Of a stretch of 64,000 nt of DNA, positions 39,437 to 53,828 are shown in pieces. The notes beneath the pieces are model-generated. The model was not told the origin of the DNA. It searched no databases and saw only the letters and a program-made list of their open reading frames with translations. The DNA is taken from positions 187,178,001-187,242,000 of the forward strand of contig OZ024743.1 of the NCBI GenBank assembly GCA_964016885.1. Reading direction: 5' to 3'. Position 1 is the stretch's first letter. Each line of letters starts with the position of its first letter. A program made the translations under genes and the position numbers. The stretch comes from Eledone cirrhosa. Its lineage: Eukaryota.

Positions 39437-42400
39437 ACCCTAAAGGGTCGCGCTAACGAGGTTGTAGAAATGCTTGAACGTAAGGAGGTCGATGTTTGTT
39501 GTATTCAAGAGACCAGGTGGAGGGGTGGGTCTGCTAGATTCATTGAGGGTAAAAAACGATGTTATAAGCTTTTCTGGGTGGGAAACGACGATGGGCTGGG
39601 TGGAGTAGGAATCATGGTAGCAGAAAAGTGGGCAGATAAGATAATAGACGTAAATAGAGTGAACGACAGAATAATTAAAATAAGACTTGTCCTCAATAGA
39701 ACTACGGTGACAGTAATATCTGCGTACGCACCCCAATCCGGACTGCCCGGCACTATAAAAGACAGATTCTATCAGACACTGTTGCTAACTACCTCCCAAA
39801 TATCTGACAGTGACTATATAATAATTATTGCAGGCGACCTAAATGGTCATGTTGGACAACATTGTGACGGCTACGACGAAATCCATGGAGGCTATGGGTT
39901 TGGTACTAGAAATGAGGAAGGCTCCAGAATCCTGGAATACTGTGATGCAAATAACCTAAGAATCTGTAACACTAACTTCAAAAAACGTGACAATCACCTG
40001 ATTACCTATAGATCCGGGGAACACACAAGCCAGATAGATTATATCCTTACCAGAAGACGTGACAGAGTGTCTGTTGTAAACACTAAATCCCTCCCCCATG
40101 AAGAATGCACCTCCCAACATAGACTGATAATTAGCGACCTCATAGTCAGGACGAGACGTACCCGACAGCAGAAGAGGACTATCCTCAGGAGGAAAATATG
40201 GAAACTAAAGGACCCCACAGCCAGAAATAAATTTCAAAGCATATTACTTGATGCTTTCGACAGTAAGGAAGAGCATCTAGAATCGGACAATATAGAGGGA
40301 CAGTGGAAATTTCTGAAAGCAAACCTGCTGTTGGCGACAGACGAAGTCTGTGGCTGGAGCAGGCCTGTAGTCAGGAGGAGAGTAACATGGTGGTGGAACA
40401 ATAGGGTGGAGGGGTCAATTAAGGCCAAAAAGTAGGCTTGGAAAGTATGGCGGGATGGGGGAAGTAGAGTAGACTATCAAGTGGCCAGGAGGGAAGCTAG
40501 GAGAGAAGTGTACTTAGCAAGAAGGGAAGCTGAGGAAAGAAAGTTCAAGCATGTTCTACAACGCGATGACCAAAAACGTGAGGTGTTCAGGATTGCCAGG
40601 CAATGCGTCAAGGAAAACCGTGATATTGTCGGGGAGAAGTGTGTACTTAACGATGATGGCATACTTGCCATCACCGACACTGATAAGAAGGTAGCTTGGA
40701 AGTGTCACTATGAAAGGCTACTAAATGAGGAGAATAAATGGGAGAAAGACAGTCTCCCCCATATCGACCCGATAGAGGGACCAGCAGTGTTAGTCGAGGG
40801 GAGTATAATAAGTAAGGCAATCAAGGATATGAAGACTGGTAAGGCGGCTGGGCCTTCGGAAATAGTTGCTGAGATGCTGAAGGCATCTGGCACGGTGGGA
40901 CACACCATGGTCACCCGCATAGTTAACCAAGTCGTACAGAATGGGGTTGTTCCGAAGGACTGGCATAGCAGCATCATCGTTAACTGTTATAAGGGTAAAG
41001 GAGACGCCCTAGATAGGAGTAACTATAGAGGCATTAAATTAATCGACCAGGTCATGAAGGTCACGGAAAAAGTAATAGCGCAACTAATCAGAGAGAGAAT
41101 TGATCTAGATGAAATGCAGTTCGGGTTTGTGTCAGGCAAAAGCACCACAGACGCTCTTTTCATAGTACGACAACTACAGGAGAAGTACCTAGCTAAAGGT
41201 AAACCCCTCTACTTAGCTTTTGTCGACCTGGAGAAAGCCTTCGACAGAGTCCCCCGCTCCATTATCTGGTGGGCTCTTAGAAAACTAGGCGTTGACGAAT
41301 GGCTTGTGAGGGCTATACAAGCCATGTATAAAGAAACAGTCAGCAAGGTTAGAATTAACAACGAATATAGTGAAGAGTTTAGCGTAAAAGTTGGCGTCCA
41401 TCAGGGCTCTGTTCTCAGCCCCCTACTATTTATTATTGCCCTTCAGGCTATAACAGAGGAGTTCAAGACAGGCTGCCCATGGGAACTCCTATACGCAGAC
41501 GACCTGACACTCATAGCGGAATCAATGGCCGAGCTAGAGAAGAAATTCCAAACATGGAAGCACGGCCTAGAGTCAAAAGGACTTAAAATTAACCTGGCTA
41601 AGACCAAAGTTCTAGTTTGTAGGAAAGAAAACAAGGCGGCGGTCCCTTCTGGGAAATGGTCGTGCTCGGTATGTAGGAAAGGCGTAGGTAGAAACTCCAT
41701 CTTATGTCCTAAATGCAAAGTATGGGTGCATAAAAGATGTAGTGGGATCACAGGTAAGCTAACTAAGAACATAGACTTTACATGTGGCCGGTGTTCTGGT
41801 GCAATAAGTAGCAGCAAGTGCCCAGAAAATACTAGCTCTTTCAATTGCGCAGAGGGTTCTATAGAAATAGTGGACAGCTTCCGTTACCTGGGCGATAAAA
41901 TCAGCAGTGGGGGAGGGTGCTCTGAAAGTACTGTAGCTAGAGTCAGAACTGGTTGGAAAAAGTTCAGAGAGCTTATACCACTATTAGCTGCTAAAGGGTT
42001 CTCCCTAGAAATGAAAGGCAGGTTGTACGATGCCTGCATACGAACAGCAATGTTGCATGGTAGTGAGACCTGGGCATTGTGTGCAGAGGATATACGCAGA
42101 CTAGAGAGGAACGAAGCTTGCATGCTCCGCTGGATGTGTAACAGTAATATACGTGAACGGCAAAGCATAAACGAACTAAGGAAAAAATTAGAGATAAGAG
42201 GGATCAGATGTTGTTTACTCGAGAGAAGGCTGCGTTGGTATGGACACGTGATGCGCATGAAAGTCGATAGCTGTATTACAAAGTGCAGGGCAATAAAGAT
42301 AGACGGTAGCCACGGAATAGGCAGACCTAGAAAAACATGGGATGAGCTGATAAACTCCGACCTCACACACTTACACCTCTCCAAGACAATGTCACTGGAC

Positions 42401-42815
42401 CGTGACTTTTGGCGGTACTCAGTAACAGAGAAGACCCGCCTTGCCAGTAGGCATCTCTAACAAACTACACCCCGTCCCGCCACCACCCCCACCCCATCCA
42501 CACCACCCCGTTCTATGTAAAGTTATGTTGGTGCCGCGCCATCCAGGCCGAAACAAATGAGATCGTGTAGGTGTCACGACAAAAAAACACACAGTCCACG
42601 CTGTAATGTGGCCGTGTAGGCAACACGGTAAAAACCTCCCAGACCCACACTGTAAATGTGGTTGGTGTTAGGAAGGGCATCCAACTGTAGAAAACCTGCC
42701 AGACAGTCCTATGCGAGCAAGACAATCACTCTTGCCTCAAGTGGGACTACCCCCGTCCAAACCCATGCAAGCGTGGAACACGGACGTTAAACGTTGATGA
42801 TGATGATGATGATGA
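39437..42815 (+). mobile_element. RTE LINE family A, slightly 5'-truncated, inserted in (TA)n
   Basis: Begins at (T)[12 protein letters not shown]; 3'UTR with tandem units, terminal hairpin and (TGA)n. Confidence 0.95.
39440..42460 (+). pseudogene. APE + RT + PHD-type finger; single in-frame TAG at 40433-40435
   Basis: ORFs 39470-40435 and 40481-42460 are in the same frame; YADD intact. Confidence 0.93.
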
Positions 42816-42823
42816 TATAAATA

Positions 42824-42859
<36 letters not shown>

Positions 42860-42862
42860 CAC

Positions 42863-42909
<47 letters not shown>

Positions 42910-43144
42910 CATTTGAGTTCTTCACGCATGGTAAAAATTATTGAAAGAATTAATTGACCCGCGTGCATATTATTTTATTTTTTTAATGTTTTGCGATGAC
43001 CTCCCTTTTCCGCTTGATGGTAGTGTGAGATTTCTCATTGTGAGAGTGCTGGAATTTCAAATTTGGCGGTCATTCTGGCACGGAGGGGTACCATCGCTGA
43101 ACATTAATATCGGTAAGGTTTTTTTTATCGATATTTGTCGGGTA

Positions 43145-43266
43145 TCCACTGATGATTTATAAGTGCCCACCTACATATATTCCTACGGACTATGTGTAGG
43201 CTTCTACATAACCTGGACATTATTTTCCCAATTTGTAGAAAACTTATAATGAAACGATCGTTTGGA
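43145..43266 (+). ncRNA. Type-I hammerhead with a large branched loop-II insertion
   Basis: TCCA-CTGATGA-T-TTATAAGT..[two hairpins]..ACTTATAA-T-GAAA-CGATCG-TT-TGGA. Confidence 0.75.
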
Positions 43267-43443
43267 AGGAGAGATGTATTTTAATTATGTCTCATATAAA
43301 ATAATACAACTGGCTATCCGCAAAATACGTATAGTTATCCCCCCAAACGTATAATTGGGATTATACTAAGGTATATCCTAATGCTTGTTGAGTGAGACGG
43401 AAGCTGGTCAGAGTATTGCTTAAAGCTTTCTCTGTTAATGTAT

Positions 43444-43503
<60 letters not shown>

Positions 43504-43534
43504 TATATGTATATATATGTATATATATATATAT

Positions 43535-43609
<75 letters not shown>

Positions 43610-43610
<1 letters not shown>

Positions 43611-44100
43611 ATATACACAGGTGTGTATGATTGTGTATAGAAGATTATATTAATAAAAGGAATTCCAACTTTGTCTGATTTACTTGTTTTATTTACAATC
43701 CTTTAAAATTAATAATGGTATTAGAATGAAATAGTATGGTAGAATGTTGAGTCTTAATTGAACAAGTACTTTGATGCTTTCGCAATCTTCAGGTTCATAA
43801 TGTGTGGTGACAGTCAAGTTTGTAATTTTCAACTGTAATGAGATGGGTAAATTTTGTGCCTTATATACAGTGAAAAGTGGCTCCAGAATGCTAAATCTTG
43901 CAAACTGTATTTCGACCAATCGGTGTGTAGTTTCACTGAATTACTAAAGCTGATTGGTTTAGGCGTTACGGTTGGTTGAGCATGTCTAACGACTATTAAT
44001 TGATCCTATCCTAAGCATCAATTGTTTTGCTATTTTTAGAAATTTTAAAGGATTGTAAATAAAACGAGTAAATCAGACAAAGTTGGAATTCCTTTTATTA
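43610..44100 (-). mobile_element. Second copy of the 3366-4255 element (short inverted arm 44043-44100; HHR 43759-43797 with G12C)
   Basis: Reverse complement of ~3810-4255, including the adjoining (GATA)n. Confidence 0.85.
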
Positions 44101-44820
<720 letters not shown>

Positions 44821-44849
44821 TATATATATATATATATATAATATATATA

Positions 44850-45140
44850 TATGGTGGCTGCCAACTCGTTTTCGAGTACGGCCACTACTTTATATCCATG
44901 TAGGAGAACCCCTACCGATGCGCTGAACGAGTGTGACTTTTTAGTCCAGCCAGTGACTTGAAAACTCTGGTACAAACACTACACTTGTGACAATTATTGT
45001 CACATAGTGCTGGACCCATGGTACCATGTGACGACAAGTGCAGAGAGATATCCAGGTATAAAGCAATGTCTGTGCCGTGAAGCTTTTATAGTGAGCAAAG
45101 GCACTGCACAAAGCCAGTCCCACTCTCTTAAGCAAGATGA
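44850..45140 (-). mobile_element. 3' end of an RTE/BovB-like LINE with a terminal C2H2 finger; second copy 60594-60890
   Basis: Minus strand reads HKCSVCTRVFKSLAGLKSHTRSAHR*, followed by a short UTR and microsatellite. Confidence 0.75.
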
Positions 45141-45399
45141 TATATTGCTTAGTGTGCATTATTTGAATAACACTGATAGATTTGATTAAGCAGACTATGA
45201 GGTAAAAAAATAGTTTACCATGAACAGAAATGTCCTTTGGGTCCTGTAGTTTATCAAGAAAGTAATGGTGGTCTGGTAACAATTTCTAGCTTCACCCATT
45301 TTATATACATATACTAATGCTTACATTAATATATATATATCATCATCATCATCATCGTCACTGTTTTACGTCTGTTCTTCCACGCTAGCATGGGTTAGA

Positions 45400-45475
<76 letters not shown>

Positions 45476-45681
45476 GAAAGTATAGAAACTATTGTGAGCG
45501 TGAAGCCAACAGTATTTCATAACATAATTGACTATAACGTCAAAATGGAAAATAATTAACGTAAGATGTGGGGAAATAATTCAAACTCAATTAAAAAAAA
45601 AACATCAAAGAATCAATAGAGCCTTAACTCTGAATAAAATAAAGTTTAAATACTTTCCTTCAATTTGGAAAAATTTCAAAT

Positions 45682-45761
45682 GCTCTATATAGTCATAAAA
45701 AGACTATTTCACGAAACTTTCAGTGGGGATGGTCATGGTTGGAATCGTTCATCAGTAGAGC
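45682..45761 (-). ncRNA. Type-I hammerhead ribozyme with all three stems formed
   Basis: GCTCTA-CTGATGA-ACGA(30 nt)TCGT-GAAA-TAGTC(7 nt)GACTA-TA-TAGAGC; AUA triplet. Confidence 0.85.
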
Positions 45762-47114
45762 TCAACACGATAACCCTAAACATGCCAAAAAGGGAATTTA
45801 AAAGCAGGCTTGTTCAACTCATGCGTAAATATTAAAATAAACGCACATGGTGACGTCAGAATGAGACGAATATCTGTTTACAGGAAACAGCAGTCAAAAA
45901 ACATTCCGAAAAAAACTCTACAAATGTAAGGAGTTCAGCAAAATAGCACTATTATCGCGTTTAAAAAAAAAAAAAAATATATGTATATATTTCCGTGGGT
46001 ACTTAGTATCTATATCATTTATCTGAATTCTCCTTAATGTTGAGAAAAAAATGTTGTATCATGCTGCAATTTCTAGTAACATGAAATATCAACAAGTCTA
46101 TTATTCCCGATCTTTCTAACGGCCCATTTGTGTGGTGGTCATTTTAACGGCTTGATTCATTCACCGGGCAGACACATCCACATCTACGTGGATTTATATC
46201 TAGTATGTTTGGAAAAGCTATCTATAGAGATATATCTTTCCATTGGAAATTCTCTGAATTTCCAATCTTTTGATTAGCGAAACCGTCGGTCATGGCACTA
46301 GAAGAGGTAAATATTTAAATCGTATTTTAATTTTTATTTAAAAGATTGTTTAATGTTTACTTGTTCCGCTCATATTTACAGTTCTGGTATCTCAAATTAG
46401 TACCATGGAACAACCACTATTATAGACACCATATATATTTCCGTGGGTACAGGTCATTGGTAACTAAACCAGCAATGCCACCAGCCTTGCTTGGTATGGA
46501 GGGTGATTTTGGACACCCTGTAGGATAAAAAACAAAGGCCTTCAAAGTACGAAGGAACTCAAGTGAGACAACAGCAACAAATAAATTGTATAGATGTATA
46601 TTTATAAATTTGAATTTTTTTTAAATTTTCCATGTATGCATCTATGCTGGAGAGGTCAAACTCTGAGATAATAAAACATACAGTTGTAGTTATAGTCAAT
46701 CATCTTGATTTATATCTTTTCACTGGATTATGTTGGCTAATACACAAAGGGAGGTATGTGTGTTACATAAGCACATATCACTTAAACCCAATGATGAGTA
46801 AGCGTTTTCTTACTTACAAACTTTGTGCCTTAGGTTCTATGGCAATAGGGATGTAGTGAATAGAGCAGATTTGACAGGTTATGTAATTAAACTCAAAATC
46901 GAGTAGACAACCATTATGTATACGGGGTCGATAAAATAAAGTAGCAGTAATGCACTGGGTAATTGCTAGCCTTGTGCCAAAAGTAGAAACAATTATGTAT
47001 GTATGGATGGATGAATGTGTGCATGTAGATAAATTTATATGCATTTCTGCATGCAAATAGTCATAATCAATAAAACAAAATATGTAAATATGCACATGTA
47101 CAGAACTGTACATA

Positions 47115-47156
<42 letters not shown>

Positions 47157-47214
47157 TATGGGGGGTGGTGGTATATACTCACACATGCACACACACGCAC
47201 ACACACACACACAC

Positions 47215-47264
<50 letters not shown>

Positions 47265-50200
47265 TAGCTTGTGCGTATCTCTGTGGAAGTATATGTATGA
47301 ATGTGTGTGTTTGTGTGCTAGATGTAATTAGATTGAACTGGTTCTGGCACACATTTGCAAACGATCAAACACATACATGTACATATATAGACACATATAT
47401 TTTTTAATCTACTGAAAAAAAAAAATAGATTCATAGTCTGGAAAATCAAATTTGGTAACTTCATTGTAAACAGGCAGTAGAAAGAAATTAAATTGTGTTT
47501 ACTCCCTAAAGGACTTAGTTTATGTAATTTAAAATGACACTTTGTAAATAATTAAGCAATCAGAAATTGTTAATTGCATTTTCACATCTATAATGTGTAA
47601 GTAAAGCTAGTAGCACATTACAAATCTCAATTGAACTAAATTGAACTATATAGAAAATATATTCTCCTACATCTAGTTCACATTTTTATTCTCTAAAATA
47701 TGTTTTAAAACATATTTTTACTTCTGCATAATTTATGGTGCTTCCATTTAGTTGTTTTACATGTTCAAGATAGAAGCTAATATTCTCTCTTTACTCTTCA
47801 AATAGGATTCCCACAGAAACTAAAAATCAAATCTCATAACAACAAAACTATAGTTTTAACCAGAATATGAGAAATGAATTCTCATAAACGTTTGGTTTAT
47901 ATATTTGACATTGGTTTGCTCAAGCAAAACAAAGCAAAAATAACAATAATGGCATAGACAAGTCTACAAGCAATCATACCATGTTCAATATGGCAGGCAA
48001 ATCTCCCTTCAAAATATGTTCAATTATATTTGCAGTGAGGACCACATATTCCAATTTAGGATTAACATGTCTTGTAATGGAAAATTACAAAAACTAATGA
48101 TGATGCACTAAAAATAGCAAAGACTAGGAATATTTTATTATATATTGAAGAGAGAAAAGCAAAATATTTTGGACATTTAATTTTTTTTTTAATGGTTTAC
48201 AGAAGCTATTAATAGAAAGTGAAATAAATAGGAAGAGAGGAGGAAGTAAAGCAAAACTTACAATAATTGGACAGGCTTGGAATACATTAAATATATAAGC
48301 AAAGCAGAAGAAAAGCCATGAGATATGATATTCAACCTGCTGTGAACAAATGGTTCAGGATATTGATGAAGAACAGAAATGAAATTACCATAGTGATCAA
48401 GTTCAATTTAACCTAAACTCACAAAGCACATCATTGGTTGATGGGTTTATATATTACTCCAAAGCATTTGATATTTACCTGCTGTTAGTGTTTGCTCAGA
48501 TTTGCTAATATGATAGACCCCCGGCAGAACAGACTGGTGATACTCAAAAGCCACAGCAACCATGATTTCACTTCTGTTACTGGCATCTTTATGAAGATGG
48601 TGTATTTACTAACTGAACATACCATCTAACCCATGCTAACATAGAAGATGGATGTTAAACGATGATGATGAACATGAACTACAATGCATCTCAAAACATG
48701 TAAACATATCTACATAAGTTTATTAAAAAAATCAAAAACCCTAAAGTCTGGTAGGTTACTATGTATTTTCAAATTTTGTATGATTAAGAAAATGAAAACA
48801 AAATATGGGATGGTCAAGACTTGAATGCCTTTGTTCATAGATCTGCTTGATCAAGGTTGATCTGGGGCTAAAAAACTATAACAATAGTAATCTTTAGGTT
48901 CCATTCCATGAACATGTCTGGCTAGCAGACACTATTCTCTAAATTATTAGGTTGATTTTCTCTCTGATTTTTATGCCTATTGTACAAAAAGTATTAAATT
49001 CTGTCTCTATCTGATGTTTAGTCATGCCAACATACATAATATACCACTTCTCATTTAAGATTATTAGAATATTATTCATGAAAATGATTTCAATTTTACC
49101 CCACATTTGATTCAACTAAAGAACGTATTCAACATGTCATGATCTATGAGATTTATAGAGGTGTCAATGCAAGTGCAATAATAAAATCTATCCTGAACAC
49201 TTATAGTGTTGATGCAATATATGAAAGTACATTTTAGAGTTGGTTTTCTTGTTTCAATAATCGGGACTTTAGCTGAAAGACTGAGTCAAGACGGTCATGT
49301 CAAAATGGATTCAATGCAAAAGTACTGAAGCAAATCATGTCATTGTGGATAAAAAATAATGAGTATTTCAATGTCAGCCATACTAATCAAATTGAAAAGC
49401 TTGAATAGTTTTAAAGTTTGGAAAATGTATTCCACGAGGCTTGTCTGTAGAGAATCACCAGCATGCTGATTACTGGAAGGTATTGCATAGATGACAACTC
49501 CATGTGCCTTAGGAAATGAAAAATGGGTCTTTTATTTCAATGTCAAATTCTTAATATTCTTGGTGGACTGAGCAGGTTTTAGAATCAAATGATACCATTA
49601 TTTTAAAGTTTTAGTTAAATAAATTTAGATTTAGGTTCCTCTATATCACAGATATGCCCTTTTCAGAAGTTCTATTTCAGAAAATGCTGTTTAGAATTAA
49701 AACTGAAGTGAAAACATTCACAGGAGTAGGGTAATGAACTAAAGAGAATTTTCCCTCTTGTTTCAGGAATACATATGAAACATATATATAAATATATTTG
49801 GAAGAGTCGTGTAAAAGTCATTTAAAGGGTGGATTTAAAAGTAAGATACAGTATATACGGTAAGAAACATAAATCCTTTTTGTACATATATATAGAGGGA
49901 TACACTGAACTTGTACTTTTTACATACAAATAAATTTCTCATGTACTCCTATAACAGTCATTTTTGTGTAGCAACACACTTCTCCTTCTCTTCCTCCCCT
50001 TTCAATCTTTTCAATATTTCATCTGTCTGTTATCCACATCGTGGATTGTCTCTCTGTCGACTACTGTTGCTGGTCTCTGTCCTCTGAGGCACTTTTGCCC
50101 ATTGCTGTCTTTGACAGCATTTAGCTGTTTTTACTGCTGTCCTAGTGACGAGTTTTCTCATTTTTATGAGTACAAAAAAAAAAGAAAATTCTCTCTATTT

Positions 50201-50285
50201 CATGTCTCTACTCATTTGTAGAGTTCCATTTTATTGAAACAGTATTATACTAAAAATGGAAATGTAATTTGTCCTCCTCCTCCTC

Positions 50286-50323
<38 letters not shown>

Positions 50324-53263
50324 GCTGCTGCTGCATGGAAGAAAGGCAAAGCTATCCTTTGTGGGATCTAAACTCAGAACATAAAGAGCCATAACTCTAT
50401 GCCACACAGAATGCCGTCCAATGCTCTGCCAAACCCCTGCCTCCTTCTTGACTAAAATAATAAAACAAAGAAGAAATGCTTGATGCATGGTTAAATGCAA
50501 TAGCCTACCTCAAAGATATGCAATAATATTCATGAGTAGTCGACATGATCCAGCACCTGAGTGGATGGTTATTCAATATATCATCATGAATTAGAGATAT
50601 TTTCATTTCTTTTTATTGTGAAGAATATTTGCAGTTTTATTTTTATATTATGTCACAAATTTTAGTTAGATGGAATTCTTGCAGTGAATTTTGAAATGTA
50701 TTTTCATTATGTTTAGCAGTGTAATGTTCCTATACATTTCATTTGAAAAACATCAAATATGAAAGTTTTATTAAATATCTCAGAAGAACAACACTATGTA
50801 ATCTTGCATTCAATGTGCTTTTGATGTTTCATACAATTTAGATTGCCTGCAGTTTTGAACAGGTTGTATTGAATTTATTTTAAGAAATGCTTTTTCTGGT
50901 ATGCCTGACAAATTACAAATAAGCCCTAAACATATAATACATATTTGAATTTCAGATGCAGAATTTTTTAAAATTATAGGATCTGTTCATTTAAGAAATA
51001 TATAGTTCTTCTTTTATTAAGGTTTCCTAATACAATATATTTTAGCTAAATTTCCTTGGTGAAAGAAAATGTAATATTGTAAAGTTAATAGATTTATTAA
51101 AATACCTCTACAAAAGAAAATATATTTCCAACAGGGAACAAATATCACTCAGTTAAGAATATTTGAGGGAGATTTTGTTTACTGTCTAGTAGCTCAACTG
51201 ATAAAATCATAGTATAATCAGTCAAATTCTCTCAAGCATATCAAAAGGAAGTATTTAACTGAGCTGAATATACTGTGCAACCAGAAATTGCCGTGGACAT
51301 ATTGTTTGCTGTTAGTCAAATAATGACAGTCACCCCTGCTTTATTGTACCACCTACACACCTCAATGTACTAAACTTAGTTATTAACATTGTATGTCACA
51401 CTCCATATTTAATTGCTTTCTCCAAAGTGGATTGATTGTACCTGTTTTGCTGCCATAAATATCCTATATGATGGCGATTAAGTGTATTATGTAGTTTTTG
51501 CTAATTCATCTGAAAATGTTGATGTGCTAGCTGAGAATGTTCTAATATTAACCTTCGAACATGTTTGTTTGATTGAAACAATATTTAACACCCACCTGTA
51601 TTGCAAATATTATATAGGAGAGAGTCAGTTGCTAGGTTGCTAGGCCTAAGGCTAGAATGGTCAGTAGTTGTATGACATCATTGGTGTACATTTCACATGA
51701 CAAAATCAATTATTATAACTGTATTTAATATCTCAGATCAATAGCTTAATGCAATCAGACTATCATTATAGTTTTAAGTTTTATCCTGTTGAGACTTGTT
51801 GTAGTGTCAAACATTTGGGAATGGATTCTAGGATTGCTTTTTTTCCCTGTTCAGATCTATTCACAGCTAGAACTTAAATATATAATATATATTATGATTT
51901 TCAGACTGACTAGAAAAAATTACTGTGGGACATTTACTGCAAGAACATTTAACAGTAAAATGAGACTAACATATTTGATATAGTAAGTCAAAAAATTTGA
52001 ATCAATGAAAATGACCCTCTTAGTGTTGGAAATCTACTTGGCATGTAAACTTAATCTGTCACCTAGTTTAACATCATCATCTGATCTTTAGATGTCTTTA
52101 ATGGACTCAAATCTGTTGAAAATATATAAAACCAGGCTCCAGTTTAAGGACACCTACTTTCCTACTACCAATTTCAAAGGTCCTGAAATGAATATTGGGC
52201 ATTGCTCTTCCTTTCTTCCTAACTAACCAGTTGAAATTTGATGATGATGATATGTAATGATTTTTAAGGTTATTCTTTAGTTTTAATTCATAAGTAATCT
52301 AACTCGTTGATGAAAGCATTATCCCCCTTAATATGGTTTTATGAACAACAAAAATGAAATATAATAATATAGGCACAAAGCCAGCAATTTGTGGTGAAGT
52401 GAAAATTCAATTACATCAACCCCATTACATGAATGGTACTTTATTTTATTGACCATGAAAGTGTAAAATTCAGAATTAAGCTTAGCAGGATTTTAACTTA
52501 TAATGTAAAGGGCTGTAACTAGATGTTGCAAGCATTTTGTCAGATGCTCTAATGATTCTGCTAATCCATTGCTCTCAAAAAGAAAAAAAAAAAGAAAAAG
52601 AAAATACAGTAATATATATAATAAATACAAGAAATGATTGACATTTTTATATGGTGAGTAAATATTTGCTGGAATAAATATTTTGTAGAAATTGATTTTA
52701 TTTTCAATGTTTGAAGTTAAACTGTTGGAAAATATCAGTAATATATTGATTTATTTAACTGACTGAGTTCTTTAAATTACAAAACTTGGAATTGTGCCTT
52801 ATTAACAACATTTATTCTCATCTCTCCGAGCATATAAGGGAGCAGTGCATCAGTATTACATTAGCTATGGTAGTTAAACAAACTAAAAACCTTAAGATAT
52901 GTCTCAGGCATGAATGAAAACTATTGACCAATAGCTCTAATTCCAATAATCGATAGTGTACCATCTATTACATTTAATGGCTTTTAACGTAGGCAAAAGG
53001 TCAGAAATTAAGCAGTGGAGAAAGTTGGTTATATTGACCTGGTGCCTTACTGCTATTATTTTATTGACCCTGGAAAAATTGAAAGGCAAAGTTGAACATA
53101 ACAGGATTTGAACTCAGAGCGCTGTGAACTGGAACAAATATTGTATAGCATTCTAACAAATCTCCCAAACCACCACCTTATCAATCCATTTTAATGATGA
53201 ATGCTCAATTCATTAAATTAGCATGCAAGTTATTGTGTATATCACAGACACATGTACTCTTAA

Positions 53264-53484
53264 CCCTTTAGCGTTTACATTACTCTGTATATACTATTGT
53301 ATTTTTGTGGTAAAGGCTTAACCTCACATAATTATCTTACATAATATCAAATCTATGAGATTTTGATATTATTTATTTTGAGAACAATACCTTAACATCA
53401 GTATGAGTAGCTAGTTATGGCCAGTTTGAACAGAAGGAGGTGAGAGAATTCTGGCCAGATATGACAGGTTTAAATGCTAAAGGG
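53264..53484. mobile_element. piggyBac-like MITE
   Basis: TTAA|CCCTTTAGCGTTTA...TAAATGCTAAAGGG|TTAA. Confidence 0.8.
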
Positions 53485-53567
53485 TTAATGTAGATCTCAG
53501 GTAGAATCAGCAGAATACAATGTGACATGGTTGGACCTTTGAATAACAGGTATAGTCGATCTGGCAG

Positions 53568-53828
53568 CAGAGGCATAACTAGGGTATGGCATAACTTGGA
53601 CTAGAAGGACATTCTATTAAAGTCAAATAAGCCTCATCAAAGAGTAAAAAAAGAAACTCCTTCAGATTTATGAACTGTCTCTGATTATCATGGGGGAGAA
53701 CACTATGGTGGCTGGATCATTAAACCATTTATATAAATGATTAGGCCGATAGGTAAAAATACAGTACCGGGCAGGGGTGGAATTTCACTATCTTACCATA
53801 GGCACTATTTTCCCTAACTATGCCTCTG
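53568..53828. mobile_element. hAT-like MITE
   Basis: TIRs CAGAGGCATAACTAGGG / CCCTAACTATGCCTCTG; TSD degenerate. Confidence 0.7.
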
